Shown: positions 63,706-64,000 of the stretch, in pieces
How the letters are laid out: every line of letters begins with the position of its first letter
How positions within the stretch are numbered: position 1 is the first letter of the stretch
Assembly (NCBI GenBank): GCA_934754375.1
Contig: CAKVHT010000002.1
Span: 11,257-75,256, forward strand
Direction of reading: 5' to 3'
DNA: 64,000 nt
Origin: an uncultured Clostridia bacterium
GTDB lineage: Bacteria > Bacillota > Clostridia > Christensenellales > UBA1242
Position numbers and translations under genes: made by a program
Notes under the pieces: model-generated
Told to the model about the DNA's origin: nothing
Databases searched by the model: none
Seen by the model: only the letters and a program-made list of their open reading frames with translations

Positions 63706-64000
63706 TTAAACCACAATGTTAAAAATCCTGCCTGGTACATAAATGATTTTTTTGTAACCATTTGTTAAATAATTTGCAACTTCTTTTACTGCAAGAGATT
63801 TAATTTCATCTTCTGTAGCAGTTTTTTCGACTGTGATTTTTCCACGGAACTTGCCATTAACTTGAATTGGGATTTCAATTGTATTAACAACCATTTTGCC
63901 CTCATCATAACTTGGCCATGGTTCGTATGCAATTGTGTTGTTATGCCCCAAGTCTTGCCATAATTCTTCTGTTATACATGGGCAAATTGGATTAAGCAAT
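63706..64000 (-). CDS. leuS: Leucyl-tRNA synthetase, C-terminal fragment (5' end outside window)
   Basis: ITEELWQDLGH..WPSYDE..IEIPIQVNGKFRGKITV matches the LeuS C-terminal anticodon-binding region. The frame stays open to the window edge. Confidence 0.9.
   Translation of the reverse strand, partial: LLNPICPCITEELWQDLGHNNTIAYEPWPSYDEGKMVVNTIEIPIQVNGKFRGKITVEKTATEDEIKSLAVKEVANYLTNGYKKIIYVPGRIFNIVV

Overview
Very AT-rich, low-GC bacterial chromosome segment that reads cleanly in the standard code. Conserved genes are intact, Trp is TGG, stops are almost all TAA/TAG, and TGA is a stop only twice. Gene content (spoIIID, spoIIE-tilS synteny, dnaB/dnaD-like + dnaI, comFC, SipW-type signal peptidase) points to an endospore-lineage Bacillota (Clostridia-like) genome. 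I saw no rRNA, CRISPR array, transposase, integrase or phage structural block.

Roughly 57% of the window encodes cell-surface proteins:
- One monocistronic 20,037-nt ORF (4668-24704, minus) encodes a 6,678-aa lipoprotein. It is built from Ig-like stretches and about six GLUG-like (G-G-[LIV]-[VIA]-G) cassettes, has an embedded glycine-zipper/TM region, and ends in a ~718-aa Tyr/Asn-rich domain.
- A 15.3-kb six-gene operon (27501-42811, minus) encodes a 3,012-aa lipoprotein adhesin (Big_2, Fn3-like repeats, one GLUG cassette), a SipW-type signal peptidase, three proteins with SipW-class (TasA-like) signal peptides of 791, 219 and 584 aa, and a 259-aa bitopic membrane protein. This is my best candidate for an undescribed system: a decorated TasA-like fibre or appendage.

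Housekeeping genes flank and separate the two loci: recD2 (partial), XRE-comFC, an orphan rplJ-rplL operon with an L10-leader-like attenuator, spoIIID, sufC plus a sufB/D-like gene, a heterodimeric ABC exporter, an M1 lipoprotein peptidase, dnaB/D-like-dnaI, tilS, spoIIE, a GT2-acyltransferase pair, an acyl-ACP thioesterase, a LysR regulator, a HAD phosphatase, tRNA-Ser(GGA) and leuS (partial).

Non-coding signals worth attention:
- Three perfect DnaA boxes lie immediately upstream of the dnaB/D-like-dnaI operon.
- Helically phased A/T-tract arrays lie 105-185 bp upstream of both giant-gene promoters.
- Operon-first genes that lack a Shine-Dalgarno repeatedly carry a -10 hexamer 5-7 nt before the ATG, which suggests leaderless mRNAs.
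- Many clean hairpin terminators are present.

All domain calls come from motif reading by eye. No searches were run.
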